Origin: Methylophaga frappieri
GTDB taxonomy: Bacteria; Pseudomonadota; Gammaproteobacteria; Nitrosococcales; Methylophagaceae
Length of the DNA: 32,000 bases
Assembly (NCBI RefSeq): GCF_000260965.1
Contig: NC_017856.1
Span: 870,001-902,000 of the forward strand
Reading direction: 5' to 3'
Shown here one piece after another: positions 7,882 to 14,726 of the stretch (positions are counted from its first letter, which is position 1; each line of letters opens with the position of its first letter). The translations under genes and the position numbers were made by a program. A model generated the notes under the pieces. It saw nothing but the letters and a program-made list of their open reading frames with translations, was not told the DNA's origin and did not search any database.

Positions 7882-8961
7882 ATGAATTCTGCCATTGCTA
7901 TCGCCATCGCAGCCTGTGCCTTTTCTCTGCCTGAACAACTTCAAGGTAACCATGTCGTCATTCAGGTGACGCCAACTGGTTTCTTTAAGCCGTCTGACGG
8001 TCGAGACCTGCCTGTGTCTGCCTGGCACATCGATAGACCGCTGGCCATCCAGTTAATCGAACGGTTTGAAGAGCGGAAAACTCGCACTGTCGTCGATTAT
8101 GAGCATCAGACCCTCCATAAAGAAACCAATGGCCAACCTGCTCCTGCAGCTGGCTGGATTTCCTCTTTGGAATGGAAAGATGAAAGCGGTTTGTGGGCTA
8201 CGGTGGAGTTGACCCCCAAAGCCATTGAGTACGTCAGTAATGGTGAATACCTCTATTTCAGCCCTGTATTTGTTTATGACAGCCGGACTGGCGATGTGCT
8301 CGACCTGTTAATGGGGGCATTGACCAACAAACCTGGTATTGAAGGCATGGCTGAAATCGAACTGCTTGCTGCCGCCACATTTGGTTTACCACACGAGGAG
8401 ACTCAACCCATGAAGAAATTGTTAATTGCCCTGGGCCTGGCAGAAACGGCCACCGAAGGTGAGGCGATTGCCGCACTGAATGCACAGATAAAATTCGGAG
8501 CCGATATCCGCAAAGCCATTGCAGTCAGTGAAACCGCCGACAGCGAGACCGTGATTGCTGCCTGTACTGCCCTGCACCAAGGTTCAGGCAAACCTGACCC
8601 AGCCAAATATGTACCGATTGAAAGCGTGCAGCAGATGCAAACCGATATCGCTGCGTTAACCGCGAAGATCAAGGACAGGGATGACAAGGATGTCGACTCA
8701 TTAATCAAGACCGCCATCGATGACGGTCGTCTGCCAAAAACATTGGAGCCTTGGGCCCGTGAGTTAGGTGGAAAAGATGTGGCGGCATTGACTGCCTATC
8801 TGGATAAAGCGCAGCCCATCGCTGCACTCACCAGTACCCAAACCAAAGGCAAGGAGCCACAGGTAGACCAGGAAACTGGCCTGACTGACGCAGAGATGGC
8901 TGTGTGTACTGCGATGGGACTCACTGTTGACGCCTTTAAGGCGGCCAACACTAACGCTTAA
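7882..8961 (+). CDS. Mu I-like prohead protease / scaffold protein
   Basis: 359 aa. The N-terminal part (VVIQVTPTGFFKPSDGRDL...VVDYEHQTL...YFSPVF) matches the Mu-like prophage I protein family. The C-terminal half is Ala/Asp/Lys-rich and helical (scaffold-like). Lies upstream of the capsid gene. Confidence 0.85.
   Translation: MNSAIAIAIAACAFSLPEQLQGNHVVIQVTPTGFFKPSDGRDLPVSAWHIDRPLAIQLIERFEERKTRTVVDYEHQTLHKETNGQPAPAAGWISSLEWKDESGLWATVELTPKAIEYVSNGEYLYFSPVFVYDSRTGDVLDLLMGALTNKPGIEGMAEIELLAAATFGLPHEETQPMKKLLIALGLAETATEGEAIAALNAQIKFGADIRKAIAVSETADSETVIAACTALHQGSGKPDPAKYVPIESVQQMQTDIAALTAKIKDRDDKDVDSLIKTAIDDGRLPKTLEPWARELGGKDVAALTAYLDKAQPIAALTSTQTKGKEPQVDQETGLTDAEMAVCTAMGLTVDAFKAANTNA
8410..8961 (+). 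CDS. Candidate nested in-frame scaffold gene (Mu Z analogue) within the I-like gene
   Basis: In-frame ATG 8410 (Met177) preceded by GAGGAG at 8395-8400. It starts exactly where the helical C-terminal half begins (MKKLLIALGLAETATEGEAIAAL). Confidence 0.45.
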   Translation: MKKLLIALGLAETATEGEAIAALNAQIKFGADIRKAIAVSETADSETVIAACTALHQGSGKPDPAKYVPIESVQQMQTDIAALTAKIKDRDDKDVDSLIKTAIDDGRLPKTLEPWARELGGKDVAALTAYLDKAQPIAALTSTQTKGKEPQVDQETGLTDAEMAVCTAMGLTVDAFKAANTNA

Positions 8962-8985
8962 CCGTCCATATAGAGGAGACGATTT

Positions 8986-9405
8986 ATGACTGCTGCAACT
9001 CAAAACCGAAACACCCCTCAGCGTGGCGCGTGCAAGCGTGGCCATGGTGTCGCTGCCACTGAAAACTGCTTTGCAGGAACGATTGCGGTGATGAATTCAT
9101 CTGGCTTTGCTGAACCTGGCAGTACTGATACTGGCCTGGTTGCCCTGGGCGTATTCAGCAAGCAATACGACAACAGCGCCGGTGCTGATGGCGATATGGT
9201 CGCCGAAATCGAGCGTGGCCACTTCCAGTTTGCCAACTCGGCAGGCGCGGACGAAATCACTATCACCGATATCGGCAGTGACTGTTACATCGTTGACGAC
9301 CAGACAGTGGCCCTGACTGATGGCACCAGCACCCGTTCCCGCTGCGGCGTGATTGACGATGTTGATGCCGGTGGTGTTTGGGTTTGTATCGACCCAACCA
9401 ACTAA
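8986..9405 (+). CDS. Small head-module protein between protease and capsid genes (possibly DUF2190-like / decoration-type); function not recognised
   Basis: GAGGAG SD, 139 aa, Gly/Asp-rich and apparently beta-rich. The assignment rests on position only. Confidence 0.45.
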   Translation: MTAATQNRNTPQRGACKRGHGVAATENCFAGTIAVMNSSGFAEPGSTDTGLVALGVFSKQYDNSAGADGDMVAEIERGHFQFANSAGADEITITDIGSDCYIVDDQTVALTDGTSTRSRCGVIDDVDAGGVWVCIDPTN

Positions 9406-9433
9406 TTGATCCCTTAGCACAGGAGTAATAATC

Positions 9434-10336
9434 ATGGATTTAATTTCTGCCAATCTGCAGGCCCTGTTCAAGGGTTACAACACCAATTTCCAGCAGGGTT
9501 TCAACTCGCTGGGTGATAACGGCTCAATGTATGAACAGCTTTCAACTGTGGTGCCATCAACCACTTCAGTCGAGGTCTATCCCTGGCTGAAATCACTGCC
9601 GCGTATGCGTGAGTGGATCGGTGATCGTGTTGTTCACAGCCTGGAAGGCTCAGATTTCAGCATCAAGAACCGTAAGTTCGAGCTGACCGAAGGTGTCGAG
9701 CGTGACGCGATTGAAGATGACACCTACGGCTTGTATGCGCCGATATATGAAGAATTCGGTCGCGGCTCTCGTGAGCATCCTAATGAGTTGATCGTAGAGG
9801 TTTTGGAAAGTAACCCGGAATGCTACGACGGCCAGCAGCTGTTTGACACTGACCATCCAGTCCTGGATGAAGACGGTAATGAAGCATCTGTTTCCAATGA
9901 TATGGGTGGCTCTGGTCCTGCCTGGTATGTGATGGATTTGTCTCGGGCCATCAAACCACTGGTATTCCAGATGCGCCGCGCTTATAACTTCCGTGCCCTG
10001 ATGGACCTGAATAGTGATCGCGTCTTCATGGAAGACAAGTTCCTGTTCGGTGTCGATGCTCGTGCGAATGCTGGTCCTGGTCTGTGGCAGTTGGTTGTTC
10101 GCTCCAAGCAAACCCTGGACGCGACCAACTATGAAGCCGCTCGTAAACGCCTGCAGGAAATCAAAGGCGATTATGGCCGTCCACTGGCGCTGCGTCATAC
10201 CCACACCATGGTACCGACCAACATGGAAGGCGCGGCTCGCAAGATCCTGATGAATCAGCTGACAACTGGTGGTGAGACCAACGAATGGGCCAACACCTCA
10301 CAGCTGATCATTAACCCTTGGTTAGCTAACTCGTAG
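9434..10336 (+). CDS. Major head subunit, Mu T-like
   Basis: 300 aa, AGGAG SD. The size and sequence pattern (MDLISANLQALFKGYNTNFQQGF..., ...NPWLA at the C-terminus) match the Mu-like gpT family. Position in the head module fits. Confidence 0.85.
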   Translation: MDLISANLQALFKGYNTNFQQGFNSLGDNGSMYEQLSTVVPSTTSVEVYPWLKSLPRMREWIGDRVVHSLEGSDFSIKNRKFELTEGVERDAIEDDTYGLYAPIYEEFGRGSREHPNELIVEVLESNPECYDGQQLFDTDHPVLDEDGNEASVSNDMGGSGPAWYVMDLSRAIKPLVFQMRRAYNFRALMDLNSDRVFMEDKFLFGVDARANAGPGLWQLVVRSKQTLDATNYEAARKRLQEIKGDYGRPLALRHTHTMVPTNMEGAARKILMNQLTTGGETNEWANTSQLIINPWLANS

Positions 10337-10420
10337 ATACACCCCGGAGAGGGGACGTCGCCAATGATCCAGGCGTGACAGCTGGAGAGACAGCACCACT
10401 TAATTAATGGGAGAAATCCA

Positions 10421-10963
10421 ATGAGTGAAGTAAAAACAGTTCTGGTCGGTGTAATGCATACGATGGCTTATGAAGGCAAGCCCAACGTCGACGTGATTAA
10501 ACAGGATGCCAAGCTCAACAAGGTGACTGCGGCTGATCGTGATGCTGCCTGGGAACAATACCAGGAAGAACTGAAACAGCAGGAACAACAAAACGCCGGC
10601 ACTGATGCTGATGGCGCTACGGAACAAAACACCGGTGACGATAGCGGTGATGCCAATGCTGGCCAGGAAGGCGGCACCGAAACAGGCGCTGCTAATGATG
10701 GTGACAGTTCTGATGAATCCGGTACCGGCTCAGATGCCGATAACCAGAACACGCCGCCATCGCCAGATGAAAACAAAACCGGCTCAGGTGAAGCCGAAGC
10801 CGTGCTGGTTGTGAAGACCAAACGCGCCAAAGGTTCACGCCGCCGCGCTGGCTTCCGCTTTGGTGGTGAGCCTGTGGCTATTCCGCTGGCTGATCTGAGT
10901 GATGAACAGCTTGATGAGATTAAGGCTGATCCAGCCTTATCGGTCAAAGAAGAACTGGTTTAA
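10421..10963 (+). CDS. Head-module protein with two small terminal domains joined by a strongly acidic low-complexity linker (position of FluMu HI1506 / Mu gp35)
   Basis: GGGAGA SD. aa ~55-125 are D/E/G/S/T/N-rich. The basic C-terminal segment is KRAKGSRRRAGFRFGGEPVAIPLADLSDEQLDEIKADPALSV. Confidence 0.55.
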   Translation: MSEVKTVLVGVMHTMAYEGKPNVDVIKQDAKLNKVTAADRDAAWEQYQEELKQQEQQNAGTDADGATEQNTGDDSGDANAGQEGGTETGAANDGDSSDESGTGSDADNQNTPPSPDENKTGSGEAEAVLVVKTKRAKGSRRRAGFRFGGEPVAIPLADLSDEQLDEIKADPALSVKEELV

Positions 10964-10984
10964 TTAAGACGCCAAGTGATTTGA

Positions 10985-11488
10985 ATGAGCTATATCTCTC
11001 ACATTCAGCTTACAGAGCGACCCGGAGCCAGGGAGCTGGCCGAAGTCGCAACTGCAGAGCATGAAACGCTGGTCGACTACGCACTGATGGAGGCCACCCT
11101 GATCGGTGCCGATCGCAGTGCCTGGTCAGCGGATGAAATTGCTGTCGCTGATGATGCCTTGCAACGGATTGATGATGCTGTCAGTGATGCTGAATCCCTG
11201 ATTGATGGTTTCCTGGCTCAACGCGGTTATCTGCCTCTTGACCCGGTGCCTGGTGTTGTCACCACCTGGGCCAGAGCAATAACTCGCTACTACCTGCACA
11301 AACACAGACTAGGCACGGATGCACAGGACCCGATCGTTCGTGATTACCAGGATGCAATGAAACTGCTCAAGCTGACAGCCGAGGGCAAGTTCAGCCTGGG
11401 TGCTGATGACCCGGTGGCCAGCGCTGACAGCATGGATGTTCAGTTTGAATCCGGTACCCGCGTTTGGGATGGCCGAGGCCGCTACTGA
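10985..11488 (+). CDS. Mu gp36-like (DUF1320-type) head completion/connector protein
   Basis: 167 aa at the correct position after the capsid module. The family call comes from size and N-terminal pattern and was not searched. Confidence 0.6.
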   Translation: MSYISHIQLTERPGARELAEVATAEHETLVDYALMEATLIGADRSAWSADEIAVADDALQRIDDAVSDAESLIDGFLAQRGYLPLDPVPGVVTTWARAITRYYLHKHRLGTDAQDPIVRDYQDAMKLLKLTAEGKFSLGADDPVASADSMDVQFESGTRVWDGRGRY

Positions 11489-11937
11489 TGAATGAGCCAC
11501 TGGATACCAGTCTCATCGAGGAGCGCCTGAAGGCCCAGATCTCGAATGACGTGCTTCAGAAAATAGGATCTGCAGCAGACTTTGCAGCGGTCACCAGCAT
11601 GAGTGGATTTCGTATCGGCAGCGCATACGTGATTCTGGTGGATGAAAGCCGGATTAATCCCAGTGAGTCCGATCGCAACCGGGGCAAGCAACAGGTGAGA
11701 TCGACATTTGGCGTTATCACCGTGGCCAGAAACTTCAGAGGTCAGACCGGCGCTGAAGCCCAGCAGGAACTAAGACCCTTTATCGGCCTTATCCGTACTG
11801 CCCTGGTCGGATGGTCCCCGGTTTCTCCCTGGCGGCCAATCACCTGGGAAGACGGCAAGGTCATCGACTATGACAAAAGCACTTTACTGTGGGCGGACAC
11901 GTTTACGACCACGCACTTTATCAGCAACGGAGGTTAA
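11488..11937 (+). CDS. Mu gp37-like (DUF1834-type) neck / tail-completion protein
   Basis: ATG 11488 overlaps the upstream TGA (ATGA). 149 aa. The track start at 11464 is rejected. Confidence 0.55.
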   Translation: MNEPLDTSLIEERLKAQISNDVLQKIGSAADFAAVTSMSGFRIGSAYVILVDESRINPSESDRNRGKQQVRSTFGVITVARNFRGQTGAEAQQELRPFIGLIRTALVGWSPVSPWRPITWEDGKVIDYDKSTLLWADTFTTTHFISNGG

Positions 11938-11939
11938 GC

Positions 11940-12119
11940 ATGACAAAGAAAGATGAAACTCCCAAAAAGGTCGAGGTAGTTCTGCTCGCTGACCATACCC
12001 ATGAGGGCAAGCCGCGTAAAAAAGGCGACAAGATTCAGGTCACCGAACGCCAGCGCGCCTTCCTGGCAGAACGCAAAAAAATCGCAGGCGCTGACAAGCC
12101 TGTCTCACAAGCTAAATAA
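11940..12119 (+). CDS. Small basic protein of unknown function preceding the tail tube gene
   Basis: GGAGG SD at 11929-11933 then ATG 11940. 59 aa, Lys-rich (MTKKDETPKKVEVVLLADHTHEGKPRKKGDKIQV...). Confidence 0.45.
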   Translation: MTKKDETPKKVEVVLLADHTHEGKPRKKGDKIQVTERQRAFLAERKKIAGADKPVSQAK

Positions 12120-12130
12120 GGAGTCGCGAG

Positions 12131-12889
12131 ATGAAAGATTTCTCACTTCAAGGTAAAGTCTGGCTCGGTGAAAACCTCAATGGCCAGCCTGGGGCAATGA
12201 ACTGGGTTAACGATGCGGCATTGCTGCAGATTTCAGCATCTTCTGAAGAAGAGCAGCGTCGTGAAAGTTGGTCAGGCAAACGTAATATCTCAGCGACTCT
12301 GAGCACTGGTAGCGAGGTGAGTTTTACCCTGACACTCAATCACGCCAATGCTAAGAACTTGGCATTGGGTCTGTATGGCACAGTAAATACGGTAGCTTCA
12401 GATAGTGTTACGGCTGAAGCCTTCCCGACTGGTCTGGTAGCTGATGATCATGTTGTATTAGATCGTGGCAACATCAGCAATCTGGTCATTGAAGACAGCG
12501 CCGGTTCGCCAGTGACCCTTGTGTTAGACACTAACTATGAAATTGCCGATGCGGTTGGTGGTGTTATCAGGATTCTCGACCCTGCCTCACTGACTCAGCC
12601 ATTTAATGCTGACTATGACCATGGCGCCAGCACTGACGTGACGATGTTCACCCAGAAAGCGCCTGTTCGCTATCTCATCATGACTGGTGAGAATACCGTT
12701 GACGGCAGCGCCGATAAAGTGCGCGTTCGGCTCTACAAGCTGAAATTCAATCCGGTCAACACACTTGACCTGATTAATGACCAGTTCGGTGAAATTCAGC
12801 TGACTGGTACCGCCATCCTCGATACCAATAATGAGCCATCTGCAGATCTGGGTGGCTTTGGCCGTATTGAGCTGCTGGAGGCGAGTTAA
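12131..12889 (+). CDS. Major tail (tube) protein, siphovirus type
   Basis: AAGGAG SD, 252 aa. Lies immediately upstream of the frameshifted chaperone pair and tape measure (canonical tube-G/GT-TMP order). Confidence 0.65.
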   Translation: MKDFSLQGKVWLGENLNGQPGAMNWVNDAALLQISASSEEEQRRESWSGKRNISATLSTGSEVSFTLTLNHANAKNLALGLYGTVNTVASDSVTAEAFPTGLVADDHVVLDRGNISNLVIEDSAGSPVTLVLDTNYEIADAVGGVIRILDPASLTQPFNADYDHGASTDVTMFTQKAPVRYLIMTGENTVDGSADKVRVRLYKLKFNPVNTLDLINDQFGEIQLTGTAILDTNNEPSADLGGFGRIELLEAS

Positions 12890-13389
12890 TGGCTCGTAAG
12901 GCATCCAAAACAGTCAATAACGATCTGGAAGTTCTGCACCCTGAGCAGGTCATTACGCTCAGGGGACAGCAGATCACGGTGCGGGAGTATGGCTTTGTCG
13001 AAAGTCTGAACCTACGGCCACTGATGAAACCCTTTATCAACGATCTACATGATTTGCTTGCCGTTGGGGGGGATATACCGCTTGACGAAGTATTTGATTT
13101 GATCGCAAAGCATCAGAATGCCTGTCTTGAACTGGCAGCGATGGCAGCAAATATTGACCAGGCATTTGTCGAATCGCTTTCGTCCGCCGACGGTGAAACA
13201 CTGCTAATGGCCTGGTGGGGTGCCAACGGCCCTTTTTTCAGTCGTCAGCTGCAGATGCAGCTGTTCAGTCGACGAAACACAAACCGTACACAACAAGACC
13301 AGGACTCAGATGGGCAGAAATCTACACAGAGCTCATCGCAGCAGGACACGACCCGGTCAGACTTGGAGAGTACACCGAGCGACAGCTGA
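12889..13389 (+). CDS. Tail assembly chaperone (lambda G analogue), zero-frame product
   Basis: Sits between tube and tape measure and contains the slippery heptamer. The zero-frame tail after the slip site is low-complexity (SRQLQMQLFSRRNTNRTQQDQDSDGQKSTQSSSQQ...). Confidence 0.65.
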   Translation: MARKASKTVNNDLEVLHPEQVITLRGQQITVREYGFVESLNLRPLMKPFINDLHDLLAVGGDIPLDEVFDLIAKHQNACLELAAMAANIDQAFVESLSSADGETLLMAWWGANGPFFSRQLQMQLFSRRNTNRTQQDQDSDGQKSTQSSSQQDTTRSDLESTPSDS

Positions 13390-13517
13390 ATTTATATTTC
13401 GATGCAGCCATAAGTCGTGACCGACGCAAGCGAGCTGACATGGTATTGGACACCAATAATGCCTTTGCCGGCGGAAAAGATTTGAAAAAGCATTTGCAGT
13501 TTTTGAAAAAGAGTTAG
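12889..13517 (+). CDS. Tail assembly chaperone -1 frameshift fusion (lambda GT analogue): 12889-13238 joined to 13239-13517 after a -1 slip
   Basis: The -1 frame is open from the slip site to 13517 and reads like real protein (...LRWAEIYTELIAAGHDPVRLGEYTERQLNLYFDAAISRDRRKRA...). Confidence 0.6.
13233..13239 (+). promoter_or_regulatory. Programmed -1 ribosomal frameshift slippery heptamer T TTT TTC
   Basis: Zero-frame codons are CCT TTT TTC (13231-13239), giving X XXY YYZ = T TTT TTC. The -1 frame continues CAG TCG... at 13239. Confidence 0.6.
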
Positions 13518-13657
13518 TTACAGGAAGAGATAGCGACCAGTCAGTGCGCCAACACTGGCTGGCCGTCGAGTCACAGGCCGTAACCTGTGAGCCAACCAGG
13601 GCTACCCCGCCGCGTCGACGCAGCCGGGTCAGCCTATCATTATTTAATGAGGCTCAC

Positions 13658-13849
13658 ATGATTGAAGTACGTTGTGGTGACTGTGGACGTTTGCTGGCCA
13701 GAGCCAGTTTTAGTCGAATTGAAATCAAGTGTCCGCGTTGTAAGACACTGAATAGCTTGAGGGCCATAGAGCCTCCAACCCAAGCACCAGCGAGTGCCAA
13801 CGTTGAGGTAAATCATGGCCAAGCCAATACTTCCATGGATGGGCGGTAA
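13658..13849 (+). CDS. com: Com-like zinc-finger protein (Mu Com family translational activator)
   Basis: MIEVRCGDCGRLLARASFSRIEIKCPRCKTLN has Cys at 6/9/25/28 (Mu Com: 6/9/26/29) and shares the IRCxxCxxLL...IEIxCPRCK pattern. GAGG SD at 13649-13652. The 3' end overlaps the methyltransferase start. Confidence 0.8.
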   Translation: MIEVRCGDCGRLLARASFSRIEIKCPRCKTLNSLRAIEPPTQAPASANVEVNHGQANTSMDGR

Positions 13850-14576
13850 AGCCCGTTTAGCAAAAGATATCCTGCCACTTTTCCCTGAGCATAATTGCTA
13901 TGTTGAGGTGTTTGCTGGTGGTGCCGCTTTGTTTTATAAAAAGCAGCCATCCAAGCACGAGATCATTAATGATATCAATGGTGAGTTAATCAACTTGTAT
14001 CGTGTGGTTCAGCATCACTTAGAAGAGTTTGTGCGACAGTTTAAATGGGCATTATCTAGTCGACAGATATTTGAGTGGGAGAAGCTGAAGCAGCCTGAAA
14101 CACTGACCGATATCCAACGCGCTGCGAGGTTCTATTACCTGCAAAAATCAGCCTTTGGCGCGCGTGTCGATAATCAGACTTTTGGAACGGCAACTACTGC
14201 CTCACCAAGATTAAACCTGCTTAGATTGGAGGAAGATCTAAGTGCCGCACATTTACGTTTAGCCAGAACAACGATTGAGAATATTGACTGGGCAAAATGT
14301 ATCGAGAAATATGACAGGCCACATACCCTTTTTTACCTTGATCCTCCCTATTATGAAACGGCTGGCTATGGTCAAAGCTTTGAGCGTGAGCAATACGCCT
14401 TGATGTCTGAATTAGCCAAAAGCATCAAAGGCAAAATGATCATCAGCATCAATGACCATGAATTTATCCGAGAGCAGTTTGCTGGTCTTGCTCATCGTTC
14501 GTTAAACATCAATTACACAGTGGCCGGAAATCATAAGAAAAAACCTGCTAAGGAGCTGCTCATCTGGAACTGGTGA
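13815..14576 (+). CDS. Dam-family (D12 class) N6-adenine DNA methyltransferase
   Basis: N-terminus KPILPWMGGKARLAKDILPLFP, motif I VEVFAGGAALF, motif IV FYLDPPY. 253 aa. GAGG SD at 13805-13808. Confidence 0.9.
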   Translation: MAKPILPWMGGKARLAKDILPLFPEHNCYVEVFAGGAALFYKKQPSKHEIINDINGELINLYRVVQHHLEEFVRQFKWALSSRQIFEWEKLKQPETLTDIQRAARFYYLQKSAFGARVDNQTFGTATTASPRLNLLRLEEDLSAAHLRLARTTIENIDWAKCIEKYDRPHTLFYLDPPYYETAGYGQSFEREQYALMSELAKSIKGKMIISINDHEFIREQFAGLAHRSLNINYTVAGNHKKKPAKELLIWNW

Positions 14577-14606
14577 AAATCTAAATAGTTTTGCCCCGAT
14601 TCAAAC

Positions 14607-14628
14607 GACACCTATATATATAGGTGTC
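14607..14628. repeat. Perfect 22-bp palindrome GACACCTATATATATAGGTGTC 30 nt after the methyltransferase stop (hairpin / possible moron terminator or protein-binding site)
   Basis: GACACCTATA + TA + TATAGGTGTC is an exact reverse complement. No T tract follows. Confidence 0.5.
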
Positions 14629-14726
14629 ATCATCCCTTCCATAACACACCGTGACCAGGGCAGAACGCTGCCCACGACAAGTCCGCCCTGGCATCTGGGT
14701 GCAGGTGCCAGGTTTATTGGAGGTGA

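Noticed and set aside
13215-13517. Stand-alone 100-aa gene starting at GTG 13215
   Set aside because: There is no SD, and it starts inside the chaperone ORF. The slippery heptamer 18 nt downstream and the conserved G/GT paradigm explain this frame better as a frameshift extension.
13544-13657. Longer com ORF starting at GTG 13544 (101 aa)
   Set aside because: The extra 38 residues are Arg/Pro/Ser-rich with no similarity to Com. ATG 13658 has a GAGG SD at the correct spacing and gives a Mu-Com-sized protein with the first CxxC at residues 6 and 9.
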